DNA of 64,000 bases from Blepharisma stoltei ATCC 30299 (GCA_965603825.1 CBFDEM010000040.1:1-64000), one strand, 5' to 3'; shown: positions 35,774 through 48,810, counted from the first letter of the stretch. Program-made: numbers and translations. Notes: generated by a model not told the origin, from the sequence alone.

Positions 35774-38077
35774 ATGGAATCTCCTAAAGCTCCACGAAGA
35801 TATGAGCCTGCTGCTGACCCCTTTTCCACTGTCATTGTGGATGACTTATTGCAAGGCCTAAATGAATGAAGAAACATCCAAGATATTGTAAGATTAACTG
35901 TCAAAGCATTAACAGACGTTGTCAAAGCCCAAGGCAGCGCAATCAAAGACATCGAGCGCCAGCTTCCTCAAAAAGCAAGCAAGGCAGAATTGTCAATGAG
36001 TTTGGCCCAAAAAGCGAATTTACAAGACACAAGCCAAGTGATATCAGAGCTCCAAGAAAGTTTAAATGAAAAATTAAATTCTTTTGAAATTCGGGCATTA
36101 GTAGAAGAAAAAGTCTCAAAAAGCGAGCTGCAGTATCTTTTAGGCTCAAAAATTTCAGTGGAAGAAGCCAGACAGCTGCTGGAATCTAAAGCAAATTTGA
36201 GGGATATTGATAATGCTCATCAGCAGATTCAGCTGCTGAGGAATGAGATTGAGAGTCTTCCTAGTGGAAAAGATGTAGAATTTTTAAAAAGTCAGCTAAA
36301 AGAAAAAGCGGATTGAAAAGATGTGGAAGAAGCCTTGGAAACGAAAGCGAATAAGCAGACTGTTGCAAGTGCACTGCATAGAAAAGCGAATAGAGTAGAT
36401 ATTGATGCAATTTTAGGACAGAAAGCAGATTCAAATGAGGTTAAAGAAGTCCTTAGGGCATTAGAAAATAAAGCAGATTATTCATCGCTAGAACAATTAT
36501 CACTAATTCTTGACAAAAAACTAGAAAAAGAAGAATTTTACACAAAAATCCTCCCTGAAATTTCCAAGCGAAGCGACATAGACTCCTTATTTTCTAACAT
36601 AGAAAAGCTGAATTATCAATTAGAAGCAGCCACTCGCAATTCCCAGCATGAAATTGAAGAAACCAGAAAGTTCATTTCCTCTAATTTCAGCCTCAAAGCA
36701 GACCTAAAAGACATAGACAAAATCTTCGTCTCCTTGTCTCAAAAAGCTGACCATTCTTTTATGCTAGAAAGCATTGACAACTTAAAGCGAGACCTAAAAG
36801 ACCTCGCCAATGATACGAAAAAAGAATTTTCATCAGGAAGAAAAAGAAGTGAAGAAGCTTTTGAAGTAATAAATAAGTTAAAAGAAGACATAGCAAGGCT
36901 TAAAGATGACGTGATAGGTGTTGTTGAACTTACCAGAAGTGACGTAGATGAACAATCCAAAACTTTGAAAAGTCTCATAAGCGCCAATAGGGATGAGATT
37001 GAAAAAGAAATTTCTGAAGCTTTTGAACACATAGAAAACCTTAAGGCAGACTTGGTAGAATTAGCTGATAGCTCGGTAGATAAAGGGGAAATAGTGAATA
37101 TGAAGCAAGGGATTACGACCTTATATGAAACTAAAGCAAGCATCGGAGAAGTCAGCACTGAGTTGACAAGTGTCCAAAAAGATATGCTGAATAAATTGCA
37201 GGACTTAAAAGATCAAATCTCTAATAAATTCAGCAGAATAGAGACTGAGTTGTTTAGGAACTTAGATGATAAAGCTTCTCTATTAGAAGTGCAAGGACTG
37301 CTATCTACTAAGCTGGATCTCTCACAAGCTTCAAAAATGCTAGTAGCCAAAGCAAATGTAGAAGATTTAAACTTAATTAGTAGCCAGCTTCAGAGCTTCC
37401 GAGACGAGCTATATAGAAAATTCAATCCAGAAGAAATCGATTTACAAGTAAAATCGTCAAAATTATCTTTGGAATACCTAGAAAAAGAGCTCCTATTAAA
37501 AGCTAATATAAAAGATATGTGCACACTTCTAGACATGAAGGCAAATATTATTGACACAAACCGAGCTTTAAGCGAAATTCATAAAGAACTAGATGTGAAG
37601 GTCAATTTAGAAGAATTTTCAGGGTACATGCGATCCCAGCAGCCTATAATTGAAGCTTTGTGTGCTGACAACTGTTCAGGGCGATGGATTTGGAAGTCAG
37701 GAGAGCTAAGAAGTGGCAATGCTATCCCTTGGGAAATGCAGATTTCTAACTCAGCTCCTGACAATTTTTTGTGGGAAAAAGAAAAAACAAGTGTAGTCAC
37801 TGTGGCTCCAGGGCTTTATGAGCTTTATTTTGGATTTTATTCCCGAAAAAGGCCATCTATACAAATACTAATCAATGGTGAGCCTATCATTTTGGCCTCA
37901 AAATCCCTCAGCAGTTCAGCTCAATCCTCTAAAACTAAAACTGGCAACCACCCAGCAGGAAATATCACCGGCCTGACCTTTATCGACTTTGTCGCTTTGC
38001 CCTCCAGAGCCCGAGTCTCTATGTCTTACACAGGTGAAGCTCCAGGCGAAGGCTTTTTCTGCCTAAGGAAGCTCTAA
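35774..38077 (+). CDS. Long coiled-coil protein with KA[DN] repeats and a C-terminal C1q-like beta domain
   Basis: ATG 35774, open with TGA=Trp. Recurrent L..KA[DN]; C-terminal GRWIWKSG...PGLYELYFGF...EGFFCLRKL. Confidence 0.75.
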
Positions 38078-38108
38078 TGTGAATTCAAATAATTTAAAGT
38101 ATTAATAA

Positions 38109-38426
38109 ATGGCTCAACCAAGTGAAAGTCAAGAGGAGTTACGCCCTTTTATGGACGCCCGAGTTCTGTGGCCTCCAGATATGCCTGACGATATGTTGGA
38201 AGACGCCGTCAAAATCGCCAAAGACGCGACCAATCAATATGACATAGAAACCCAAGGTCAAGATGTCGCGAAAACAATCAAGCTGAAATTCGACGAAAAA
38301 TGGCAGCCTTACTGGCACGTGATCGTCGGCAAAGGCTTCGGCACCCACTGCACACACGAAAGTAGGAGATTTGTTTATTTCTACCTTGGGAAGCATGCTT
38401 TTATGATTTATAAAATTGGTTTCTAA
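38109..38426 (+). CDS. Dynein light chain, LC8 family
   Basis: DMPDDM...AKTIKLKFDEKWQPYWHVIVGKGFGTHCTHE...FYLGKHAFMIYK. Confidence 0.93.
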   Translation: MAQPSESQEELRPFMDARVLWPPDMPDDMLEDAVKIAKDATNQYDIETQGQDVAKTIKLKFDEKWQPYWHVIVGKGFGTHCTHESRRFVYFYLGKHAFMIYKIGF

Positions 38427-38444
38427 GCTTAATTTAATTGAAAT

Positions 38445-38840
38445 ATGAATTTGCATAGGCCAGCTAATAGAAAGAAAATTTCTGGGTCCAAAAAGATCCT
38501 GGTCAGGAAAAGCCTTGATGTGGAGATCAGGACTAATGACATTCCGGTCACGACGCGGCCGCAGAGCGTTTTTTCAACGAAAAACAGGAAAAGTCCGACA
38601 AATCCTTTTAAAAGCACAAAAAAGTTCAAAACGGCGGACGCTTTGCAGCAGGAATCGCCAAAGCTGTCAGATAAGAAGCTGTTGCTGATTAACAAAGAGA
38701 GGATACATATGCAGCGACATAGCTTGCCTTCCGCTTCACTTCCTTCTAAGACGATGCTACAACAGTGGTATGAGAAAAACGAGCACGAAGAAGAGCAAAA
38801 GCTGCAGGACTTACTTAATGCATTGACTTTTAGTAAATAA
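38445..38840 (+). CDS. Hypothetical basic protein
   Basis: 131-aa ATG..TAA ORF filling the gap between genes, with coding-like composition. Confidence 0.6.
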   Translation: MNLHRPANRKKISGSKKILVRKSLDVEIRTNDIPVTTRPQSVFSTKNRKSPTNPFKSTKKFKTADALQQESPKLSDKKLLLINKERIHMQRHSLPSASLPSKTMLQQWYEKNEHEEEQKLQDLLNALTFSK

Positions 38841-38945
38841 TATATTGTCGGTTTATTATTATTTGATTTTAAGAGAAAATTATTAGTGAAATATAAGCTT
38901 GAGCCTTATTGTTATTTTGAACATGAAAAATGATAGTTTAGCAGT

Positions 38946-40208
38946 TTATTTAGACCTAAGCACTTTCCTCCCTTTGGAATCAATGTTTTGGAAGTTGTTA
39001 CTAAGTAGGTTTTCTCCTCCTTTTGGAAGGCTGGAAAGCAGAATTTTTCCTTGTCCGTCATGGGAAATTAGACCTGACTCAATGTCTTTTAAAGGCATGA
39101 GTATTCCTTGAGCTGCTAACTTTGCTTTAACAGCCATGGCTTCAGTCATCTGTCCACTTGTAATCCTATCAGGTGTCCTATAGTACCTTTCTTGTTCTTG
39201 CTTTTTATTAAAATGCATTGTAAGTGATGCGTTTTTAATTGATTTTGGTCGGTAAGGCTGTAATTCGATTGGCAAAATCCTTGCAACTTGGTTTCTTGTC
39301 TTTCCTATTTTTTCAATTATTTGATAATGCTCATCAGCTTCATCTCCATCTTCACTTTGCGAATCATCCGAATTCTCTGTTTTTACAGCTTTCCTGAAAT
39401 CGTAAATTCTTTTCTTTGCAGAAATCTCTGCTTTTTTCTTATTATCATCCCTAATTATTTTATATGAACTATCCAACTGCTGCAGCTTACTGGAAATTTC
39501 TTCTTCTTTTCTTGACTTAGATTTTTCTCATTTACTTAAAGCCACTGATTATAAATTACTTTGCTTGAAAAGGATTGCTTGCTTTTCTCTAGTTTCCCTA
39601 TCTCTGAAGATCCTATAGCGGCGGTCAAGACTTTTCTCAACCTCAGGATATTCCTCGACAGCAGATCTGTAAGTGAACGCCATGTATTTCGTATCGTTCA
39701 TTTGGCTGGATTTTGGAGAATAGGATAAAGGAGTAAGGCTTCTTGCAGTCAGCTCGGGCACTACAGTTCTAGTCCGAGAATCAGTAGATTTCCGTGAAGA
39801 AGAAATAGGGGTTAGATCTTGGTTTTCTGTAATATAGGTTGGTCTTCTTATAGAAGGTTTTGCAGTGAGATTTCTTCTTTCTTTTAGCTTTTCAGAGCTT
39901 CATTTGGATACTTTATTTAGCAGTTCCATTTGCAATTCTTTATCTCTTGTATATACAATTTCATTAAGAAGAGCGCTTAAGGAAGAATAAAATATGCTTT
40001 CTCAATTGTTTTTATCTTGCGGAGAATAGGCAATATGCTCGTAATAAGCAGAAAGCTTTCTTTTGAGTTCTTGAAAAATTGGATTATCATCTAAGTAAGG
40101 GTGCTTTAATGCTTCTAGAGGTACAGGAATATAGCTAGTCTCTGATTTTACATCAAGATTTTTAATGACTGGCTTATTGAGACCGTGTCCTGCTATGGAT
40201 AAGGACAT
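38946..40208 (-). CDS. Hypothetical protein (one 15-nt intron at 39545-39559)
   Basis: Three track ORFs join via TGA=Trp and the intron. Confidence 0.75.
39545..39559 (-). other. 15-nt intron GTAATTTATAATCAG
   Basis: GT..AG containing an in-frame TAA; removal restores the ORF. Confidence 0.82.
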
Positions 40209-40880
40209 TTTAAATTGTTATAAACATAGGCGATTTTCAAAGAATCCATCTATTTTGATCAAGAATGAATAAGGTATTCTGTATAAGTTGACTCTGATAA
40301 TTTTTATAAAATGCAAATAAATATTCAGATAAAGGCTTTTATCAAAAAAATTTAGATGATGATTTATTAGAACTTTAAATCTGGCTTTATATAAAACAAA
40401 TGAAAAATTTTGCAATAACTGTCGGAAAATGAAATAAATCTACAACTTTTGTTTCTCAATTTAAGTGCTAAAGAAAATTATAAAAAACATAAAAGAAGTC
40501 ATAAGTCGTTGATTAAAGTCTCAAAAAATTAGCTTTCAGTCTTAAACTTTAATTCTTCTAAAAGTAGTTAAATTTTACTAAACTAAAAATTAGATTAAAT
40601 TCCCATAAACTATATAATTGATTGTGGACAAAATGAGAGGAAAATATTATTTGTCTAAGATAATAATTAATCTGATATTCAACCTTGTTTTGCATCAGCT
40701 ATCACACTATCAAGTTTGGATAATTTAAAATTAACTAAATATTATAAACCAACAATTTTCTTTAAATCATGCACAATCAAGGATATTTTATAAAAATCAA
40801 CGACACAATAGCCAGTGGCACTAAAATTTTCCAATATAATCAACTAATTTCTTTACGGTAAGAATTAAACTTTACTTTAC

Positions 40881-41234
40881 TTAATGAAGCTGCCAGATAG
40901 CGACTCGCGGATTACTTTTTCTTTCGCTCATCGTATGCTGCCATTCTTGAGTTACGGTACAGCAGGGTAGATAAACAGTCTGAAGCACGTCAGCAATTAT
41001 ATCATCATCGACCTTCAAGGCTTGCCTTAACTTATATCGATTGTATATAGCCCCAATGGGCCCTAAGCAACAAACACAGAGCCCAGCGATTAATCCAGCA
41101 TTGCTGTCAACATCATTGGAAACCTTGGCATTGTCAATTTGCATACAACAAAATCCACAAGGCACAAGGCAAGCCCATCCAAACATGACCCAGTTATTGA
41201 AACATTGATAGATTGAAAAATCCCAGCCAGACAT
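40881..41234 (-). CDS. PLAC8-family Cys-rich protein
   Basis: WDFSIYQCF, CLVPC, RYKLRQ, LPCCTVTQEW. Confidence 0.88.
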   Translation of the reverse strand: MSGWDFSIYQCFNNWVMFGWACLVPCGFCCMQIDNAKVSNDVDSNAGLIAGLCVCCLGPIGAIYNRYKLRQALKVDDDIIADVLQTVYLPCCTVTQEWQHTMSERKSNPRVAIWQLH

Positions 41235-41615
41235 GATTTTATTATAATATCGTCATAGGATTCTTTGAGGGATATTAATGGAAGATAAGCTGAAAAATTA
41301 ATATTCAGTAAAGAGATTTAAAATATGACAATTTTGATTAAAAATCTGAAAAATGAAGCAAGGAATAGGTCTGTAATTTTTCTATACAAACTATGTGATT
41401 TTCAGGAAAATTGCACATCTTATTGAAGCGATATTGATTAAGCATTAAATAATTTTGGAAAATAAAAATTATGAATTAATTAATTAAGCTTAACTAAATG
41501 CTTTAGTAAGATAAGGAAATGTTTCGCCAAAGTCAATATATGGATATTAGTTCATATAGAAGTTTTTTAAGTGATAATTCGCTATTTTAATTTCAAGTTT
41601 AGTCGAAATATTTTC

Positions 41616-42632
41616 ATGGAGAATAAACAAGCGCTTGTGAAGACCCATTTTAGCATCAAAAGGAGAAAAGACTCAGCTCGCAATGATGATGTTACTGAGT
41701 ACATTTATGCTCCAAGGTCACCAGGGAGCCATCAAAGCAAGAAAAACGTTATGGAGGCAAGGAACAGAAGTTTAGCAGAAGGAAAAGTATTGCCCAAGGT
41801 TCAGACTCCAACTAAGTATATGAAAAATAATAAACCAGCTATTTCATGGAGAAATGACACAAAGCAAGACATCTCAATAGAAGCGGCAGGCAAGCCTATC
41901 ATGTCTCCAAAAAACAAATTCAAAAAGATTTTCAAAGAAAGCACTCCCCATAAACCCAGTTTTTCCATGCAGGAGCCTCCAGGATTAAACGACAGCGAAA
42001 TTCTCCCCGATATGAAATCAATGAAGACAGAAATTGACAGGCTTAATAATACCATCGAAGCCATGAAGGAATTTTTCAAAGAAGAAGAGAGGTCTCTTCA
42101 CATACAAATTACATTCTTGAAAAAGGAGCTAGACTATGTCAAAAGTGAGCTCAGCAAGACTGTCGAGTTTCTTGCCAGTGTGATAGGAAAACATATGGAC
42201 AAAGAAACACCTCAGTCGATAAATGATGATATTATAGAGATTCTCAAAGAAAAACAAGAAGCTTTAAAACTTAACTTAGAGGCTGCGATTTCTTCAGTAG
42301 CCGCTTTTAAATCAAGCGAAAAATTCAAAATTGAGCTTTCAAGCCTTAATAACATTTTCCAAGCTGACTCTTCGGGCAACTTGCCAAGCACTGGGCGGTT
42401 CCAAAACCAAAGTGTGGCAGCCCGAAGCAGCGAATCAGAACAAGAGCTTGAAAACTCTCCATTAATGGAAGTAATTGCCCTTTACGATTTCTACGCAGGA
42501 GGCCACGAACATTTAGAATTTAAAGCCGGAGACAGGATCAGTGTGCTTGCAAAACTAGACGAAGATTGATGAATCGGAACAAATGGGGGGAAAACTGGAA
42601 AATTCCCGAGCAGCTACGTTTTGCTAGATTAA
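41616..42632 (+). CDS. Coiled-coil protein with a C-terminal SH3 domain
   Basis: ALYDFYA...LEFKAGDRI.VL...EDWW(TGA TGA)IG...GKFPSSYV. Confidence 0.88.
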
Positions 42633-42638
42633 ACGTCT

Positions 42639-43769
42639 CTAATTAATTATATAAATTAACAAAAAGATTCTTGAAATTGTTAGAAACTGGCTCTTTCCAT
42701 ATGAGCTTAAAGTGTAGGATGGCTCATATAGATCTAGGCTGCTTGAACAATCATTTATTGCACCTGACTGAAAAACAGCCCAGTGCATGGCTTGGCCGTG
42801 AAGGTTATTGTAATAGTCATAAGCATCTTTACTAATAGATCCACAGTTATATAATACTTCTATATTATCTGTATGTGTATCAACCCCGGAGCACTTAGAT
42901 GAATTGTACCCAAATTTTGGGAAAAAATCTTCGTAAGCTAAGGTAAATTCTATATAATCCCCACAGTAGCCAGTTGTGTTCCCTAATCCTGAGCAATGAC
43001 ATGGACTGGTGCTGTACTTTAAAAGCTGATTATTAAGTCAATAAGAGCAGGTTGATCCTATATAACACTTATAAGGGGAATCTATTTTGGAATTTCCAAT
43101 ATAGACATCAAGATATTCGCAGATTCCTCCTACTTCAAAATCAGTGACACAAAATCTTTTGTCGTCTGTTGTAGATCCTACTTTAAGCGAATAAAGCTGA
43201 GTACATTTACCATCGTTGCATCCATAGCCTATTCCGCAATAGTCATCATAGGCGCAAGCTCCGTCTGATTCGATTGCTGCTGTGCATTTGCCAGTTTTAG
43301 AAATGAAGCTGAGTCCTTTACAATATGTATCAGATTCACATTCTAAATCAGAGTAGCATACAATCCCTATGCTTTTCCCTTTACATCAGGAACCTTCGCA
43401 TATGCCTGATACACAATCTTCATTTTTACAGCAATAAAAACCATTATGAACTGAAGTCTCATTAGTTGGGCATTCAATGGATTCAGGATCTGATGGGACG
43501 CAGTTTTCATTGGTCCAGCTAGTTGTCACTGTAGAAAGCTGCTTGCTTATGGATGGGCAGCTTTTACTGTCAGTGCAAGGGTTTATTGTCACCGTTTTTG
43601 CGGAATCTACTACATTGATGCATGTATCTGCTGACTCAGCTTTGTTGCAAATAATATCATAACAGTCATAAGCCTGCAAAGCTGATGAGATTGTAAGCAA
43701 AAGTATCCATGTGCTTACGAATAAGTAGCGATAATTCTCTAAAAATGAGCGCCTTGAATAAGCAGGCAT
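42639..43769 (-). CDS. Divergent member of the Cys-rich surface protein family, 376 aa
   Basis: Hydrophobic leader, TVTINPC, FYCC..EDC.SG.C, GYGC, TGYC, NCGSISKD, SGAINDC, hydrophobic tail. Open with TGA=Trp; stop TAG. Confidence 0.82.
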
Positions 43770-44105
43770 GCTTTTTCTTAATTTATTTCCTTTTTCTATG
43801 GCACTATTAAAAAATCCTTTAAATCCTTTCACTTATAAGTAATCAATGAAAAATTAGTAGAGATATTGTAAATTTTCATAAATTTCAAGAAAAATAATGC
43901 GAAGATGAATTCTGTAAAAAATAATAAATAAACTGGTAATATGAAAAATAGCATGTATATCTTGAACTAAATTAAATAGTTATTATATAAAACGGCATTT
44001 ACAAATAAAACACATGATACCACAATTTTTAAAGGGAAAAGATTCAGCTATGAAGAAAGCTCAGCCATTTCCCTGCTCCCTTCATCGTCATTAACACAAA
44101 CTAAA

Positions 44106-46607
44106 ATGATAAAGCCAAATGATAAGCATCTTCTGCTAAGAAAAATTGAGGCAATATATGATCACTGGTCGACAACTGTCTTTCTTACAACTTTAACCAT
44201 ATATGCTTTATTTGGGGACAACTTTAGACTTTTGATGACTTCAAAAGAAGCTGACTCAATATTTTTCTCTATCACTTGCGCCATTATGGGAGTATTTTTA
44301 ATCGAAATAATCACAACTTCAATAGCAAAAGAAGGCTATTTATTCAGTTTTTATTTTTGACTTGATCTGGTTTCTACGATATCCATGATCATTGATATAG
44401 GCTGAATTTGAGACGAAATTTTTGGAACTGACAGCACTACAGGACGGCCTTCTGTAAGTTCAAGCCAATTTGCAAGAGCTGCTAAAACTTCTCGAGCAGG
44501 CGCCAGAGCAGCTCGAATAATTAAAATTGTAAGAGTCGTCAAAATGATCAGAATTTTCAAGCTTTACAAGCTATCAGAGGATGCAAAAGCCAAGTTTTTG
44601 AAAAATAATGAGCGCTTTGTAGCTCCAGTAGTAAATAATGTAAGGGGTGGGAGAAATTCAATAGACCTGACTGAAGAGGAATCTGAGCTTAATGATGAGA
44701 CCATTGATTATAATAACTTTACCTTAGGGCCTGAAAAATCAAAAAAAAAACTAGAAGAGCCTCGCATAGTGAACAGAAATAGTGAAAATAATCAAAACTT
44801 AAACGTAGAATACAAAAGCCAAAAAGAAAGCAAAATTGGGGAGAAACTGTCTGAGATGACGATCAAAAAAGTGATTACTTTGGCCTTAGGAATGGTCATT
44901 ATTTTACCTCTCTTTTATTCGACGCTATACTATGAAGATAATAACTCGTTCACTATAGGCTTGGCTTTTATGTTTGCCAACATTGATAATGAATCTGCAG
45001 AGAATAGAACATGTGAATTTTATATTAGCGAGCACAAAAATATTATGACTCCTTTGATATATCTAGATATTCAAAATGTCTATAAATGAGAGTCTTCCAT
45101 TGATCCAGCTAACTTAAGAAGTGAAGAGTTAACAGTGATCATAAGGTCTGGCAAATATAATGGCAAGCCATTAGACGCTCTTGCTATGTTTGATATGCGG
45201 GATTCTACCCGAAAACAGGCAGGCTTAGACTTAGGAATGACCTTAGGCATTTGCCTTACCTTAACATTTGGAGCTATCTATTTTACAAAGGACAATTATA
45301 AGTTTATCATTTGACCAATTGAAAATATGATGAAAAAAGTTAATGAAATTTCAGAAAATCCTGTAAAAGCAGCCCAACAAGAAGAAATTGGGGAATTTCT
45401 GAACAAGACTTCAAACAAGAACGCAAAAAAGGACCATCATAAAATTCTATTAGAAACAAGCATTTTAGAAAAAACCTTGGTAAAAATAGGCGCCTTACTT
45501 GTGCTAGGCTTTGGTGAAGCTGGCTCAGAAGTAATCACAAAAAGTATGAAAAGAGGTGGAGGAGATATCGTCCCCATGATTGCTGGGCAAAAGAAATATT
45601 GCATTTTTGGGTTCTGTGACATTCGAAATTTTTCTGAAACTACAGAAGTTCTTCAGCAGGATATTATGATTTTTGTCAACGAAATTGCCAAAATAGTCCA
45701 TAATAATGTCAATAAATACTTAGGAAGCCCAAATAAGAACATTGGCCAAGCGTTTCTTTTGGTATGAAAATTCCCAAAAGAATCAATCAGCGAAAACAAA
45801 GAAAATGTGAAGCTAGAAAACAATCGACTCACAAATTCTTTTGCTGACTTATCACTCATTTCTTTTTTAAAAATCATAGCTGAGATCTGCAAAAGCCCAA
45901 AAATTGAGTCGTTTTCTCAGCACCCTGCCTTAAATGCTATGATTCCAGGATATATAGTTTCTATGGGTTTTGGGTTGCATCAAGGATGGGCTATTGAAGG
46001 GACGATAGGAAGCAGTTTTAAAATTGATGCTTCTTATTTATCACCAAATGTAAATATCGCTTCTAGGATAGAAGCTGCAACAAAGCAGTTTGGGGTTCCT
46101 CTATTAGTTAGTCAGAATTTTTATTCTATTTGTTCACAAACGACTCAACAGTATTTACGAAAAATTGATAGAGTTACATTGAAAGGAACTAAGGCTCCTA
46201 TGGATCTTTATACCTTTGATTTAGATACGTCTACTTTAAAAGTCAGCCATTATAGTCAAAGGAAAGAAGATACAAAAAATGCGAAAGTATTAGAAATAAT
46301 TAAAAGAGAAAGGCTAAATGATGATGTTAAGTCTCAAAGGTTTTCTGTGTCATCTATGTTTATAGACGATCATGATTTAAAAAATTTGAGGAAAAATGTG
46401 TCACTAGAGTTTATTGAAGAATTTTCTGAAGCCTTGACATTTTATTTGGAAGGAGATTGGGTAAATGCATGCAATTTGTTGAAACATGCAAAAAGATATA
46501 AGGTGCAGCCAGATGGACCAACTGAAACTTTGCTTGAGTTTATGGAAGAGTATGGAGGAATTGCTCCCATTGGATGGGCTGGATATAGAGAATTGGTAGA
46601 TAAGTAA
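44106..46607 (+). CDS. Alveolate-type ion-channel/adenylyl cyclase fusion
   Basis: Four ORFs share one frame. TM helices with an S4-like ARAARIIKIVRVVKMIRIFKLYK, LGFGEAG, FGFCDIRNF, KIDASYLSPNVNIASRIEAATK, and a TPR-like tail. The start is uncertain. Confidence 0.92.
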
Positions 46608-47367
46608 ATGTAATTATTATTGAATTCAATAGAAAATCAGCTTAATAAATTTTATATAATTTCTTAATATATATTTGAATTAAAATTATTTAAAATTATA
46701 TTAACCAGTTTAAACACCTCTGCTTTGTATATTCTAAATCTCATATGCGCATCTTGCTCTTTGGTTTTTCTTGGCAAGACACTTGAAAATTCAAGAAACA
46801 AGCTTTGCTAATCTCAGGCTTTCATAAATTTACTATGCTTGCCTAATGGAGTTCCAGGAAAACATTTTTTGGATCAGGATATTTTAATCTCTTATCAGAA
46901 TAATCATTTTCTTGGATGTTTTGTAATCTTCTTCAATTTAGCGTTGCTTCTTTCTTTCCTAGCAGTGAGTCATTAACTACATTTAACTGAGTAGCTATCA
47001 CGAAATTATCAGGCAGTCTACTGTTGAATAAATAAATATCTAGAAAGTTCTAATTTAAAAATATGCTAAGCCTTACCATTTTATCTCTCTTTCAAAAATT
47101 TTGGAAGCACAATAAATGTTCGGTTACAATTTTATTAAGCCAGATCTCAATATATGATAAAGCATTAACTGCCGAAATCTTTTATTTATTTTAATCTTTA
47201 TTTGCTGTTTTGAGGCCAAATGTGACTTAAATGAATAGTTTTCGAAAAGTTTTTATAAAAATTAACTGTATTTTCAAGCTGTTTATATGTTTAAATATAT
47301 TAAGCTGTAGGCATTTATTCTTTTAAATCCTTCATATACTTTTTCATTTTTAGACAGTCTGACTTGA

Positions 47368-47712
47368 ATTAATTTGGCTTTTGAAAATTCAATTTATCAG
47401 TTTCATAAATATGCCGGAAGAAATCCGAAGCTTTGTGATCAGCCCAAAAACTGATAGTTCATTTCAGAAATTAAACTATAGCTATCCTTAAAATATAACA
47501 ATTCATAGTCTCAAGTCTGCTTTAATCATCAAGCCAATAAAAATTATATTTTTACTGATACCAAATTATTTATAAAACTCCACCCAAATCAGCTTTTCAA
47601 AAACCCTTGAGGACTTAATCTTGTGTAACTATCTACATTTTTAATGGCTATTATATTCTAAATGGATTGTTATTCAAATATTTATGAATTATGATTAAGC
47701 TTTATAATAAAT
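47368..47712 (+). promoter_or_regulatory. Upstream blocks conserved with 50098-50449
   Basis: GCTTTTGAAAATTCA, TCAGTTTCATAAATATGCC, CAAG-CAATAAAAATTATATT, TTTAATGGCTATTA-ATTCTAAAT and AGCTTTATAATAAATATG occur in the same order before both paralogs. Confidence 0.6.
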
Positions 47713-48810
47713 ATGAGGCAATTTGGTCTAATTCTCTTACTTTTGGCTAGTTACACTCTAGCTATGGAGCACTCAAGCTGTTCAACAATCACCTGTAGCT
47801 CGACTAAGGCTGCTGCAGGAAGTAACTGTGTGACGGTTTCAGGATCCACAGTTACTCTTAATCCGTGTGAGGATGGGTCATACTGCAACGGTATAGAGCA
47901 ATTTCAATCAGATGACAATCACTATAACGCTCAATGCAATACCTATTCTACCTCAACATCAGATCCTTGTCCATCATATCATAGCAATCAATTATCAACC
48001 TACCTGTACTGCTGCCAAAATAGCGACTGTGCTAGCAATAACTGCGATACTAGCAATAACGAATGTATAGGAATTGCGGAAGATGGAGCTTGCTCATCAA
48101 GTGACGCCTGTGAGGCTGATTTATATTGCAGCGGCGGATCTTCAGGTACCTGTGTCCCAACTAAATCAAACAAAAAATCCTGCAGCAACGACTATGAATG
48201 TGACCCTGGGTACGGGTGTTATGGCTCCTCTTTTTGTCTTCAGTACTTCTCACTAGACGACGGAGAGGCCACTTTTGACGATAAGTTTTGTAAGTCAGGA
48301 ATATCAAAAAATTATAAGTGTGACAGTGTCTCCATTTATGTTAACGGCAATAAAGTTTCAGAGCCATGGGCCTGCACCATAGGACAAACTTGTACCTACA
48401 CCTGGACCATTGCTGGAAATTCGTACACGGATTCATCGACATGTGAATGTGACGGTAAAGGCTCAAATACAGGATATTGCCCTATTAGAGATCTTCCTGC
48501 TATTACTGGATATAGTGATGATTTCTATGAGAAATTCCAATATGATAGCAGTGATTGCTCGGGCAGTATGGCCCATATAACAAGTTTAAATTATTTGAGC
48601 TCTTTGGTCTATTGCAATTCTATAGACCAGGATGGACTGGATTATAGGAACGAAATGATAATGATTAAAGAAGCCTGGTCGCTTTATGCTTCAGGGCAAA
48701 TAGATGATTGTGCTAGTGATATGGGAATCTTTGATCCAAGTGAAGATATAGACTCATGGGATTCAGCAGAGTTTCTTGCCCTTTCAGGTCTTCTTATTCT
48801 TCTTAACTAA
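47713..48810 (+). CDS. Cys-rich secreted/GPI-anchored-type surface protein, 365 aa
   Basis: Signal peptide MRQFGLILLLLASYTLA, many periodic Cys, S/T/D-rich, hydrophobic tail AEFLALSGLLILLN. Confidence 0.9.
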   Translation: MRQFGLILLLLASYTLAMEHSSCSTITCSSTKAAAGSNCVTVSGSTVTLNPCEDGSYCNGIEQFQSDDNHYNAQCNTYSTSTSDPCPSYHSNQLSTYLYCCQNSDCASNNCDTSNNECIGIAEDGACSSSDACEADLYCSGGSSGTCVPTKSNKKSCSNDYECDPGYGCYGSSFCLQYFSLDDGEATFDDKFCKSGISKNYKCDSVSIYVNGNKVSEPWACTIGQTCTYTWTIAGNSYTDSSTCECDGKGSNTGYCPIRDLPAITGYSDDFYEKFQYDSSDCSGSMAHITSLNYLSSLVYCNSIDQDGLDYRNEMIMIKEAWSLYASGQIDDCASDMGIFDPSEDIDSWDSAEFLALSGLLILLN

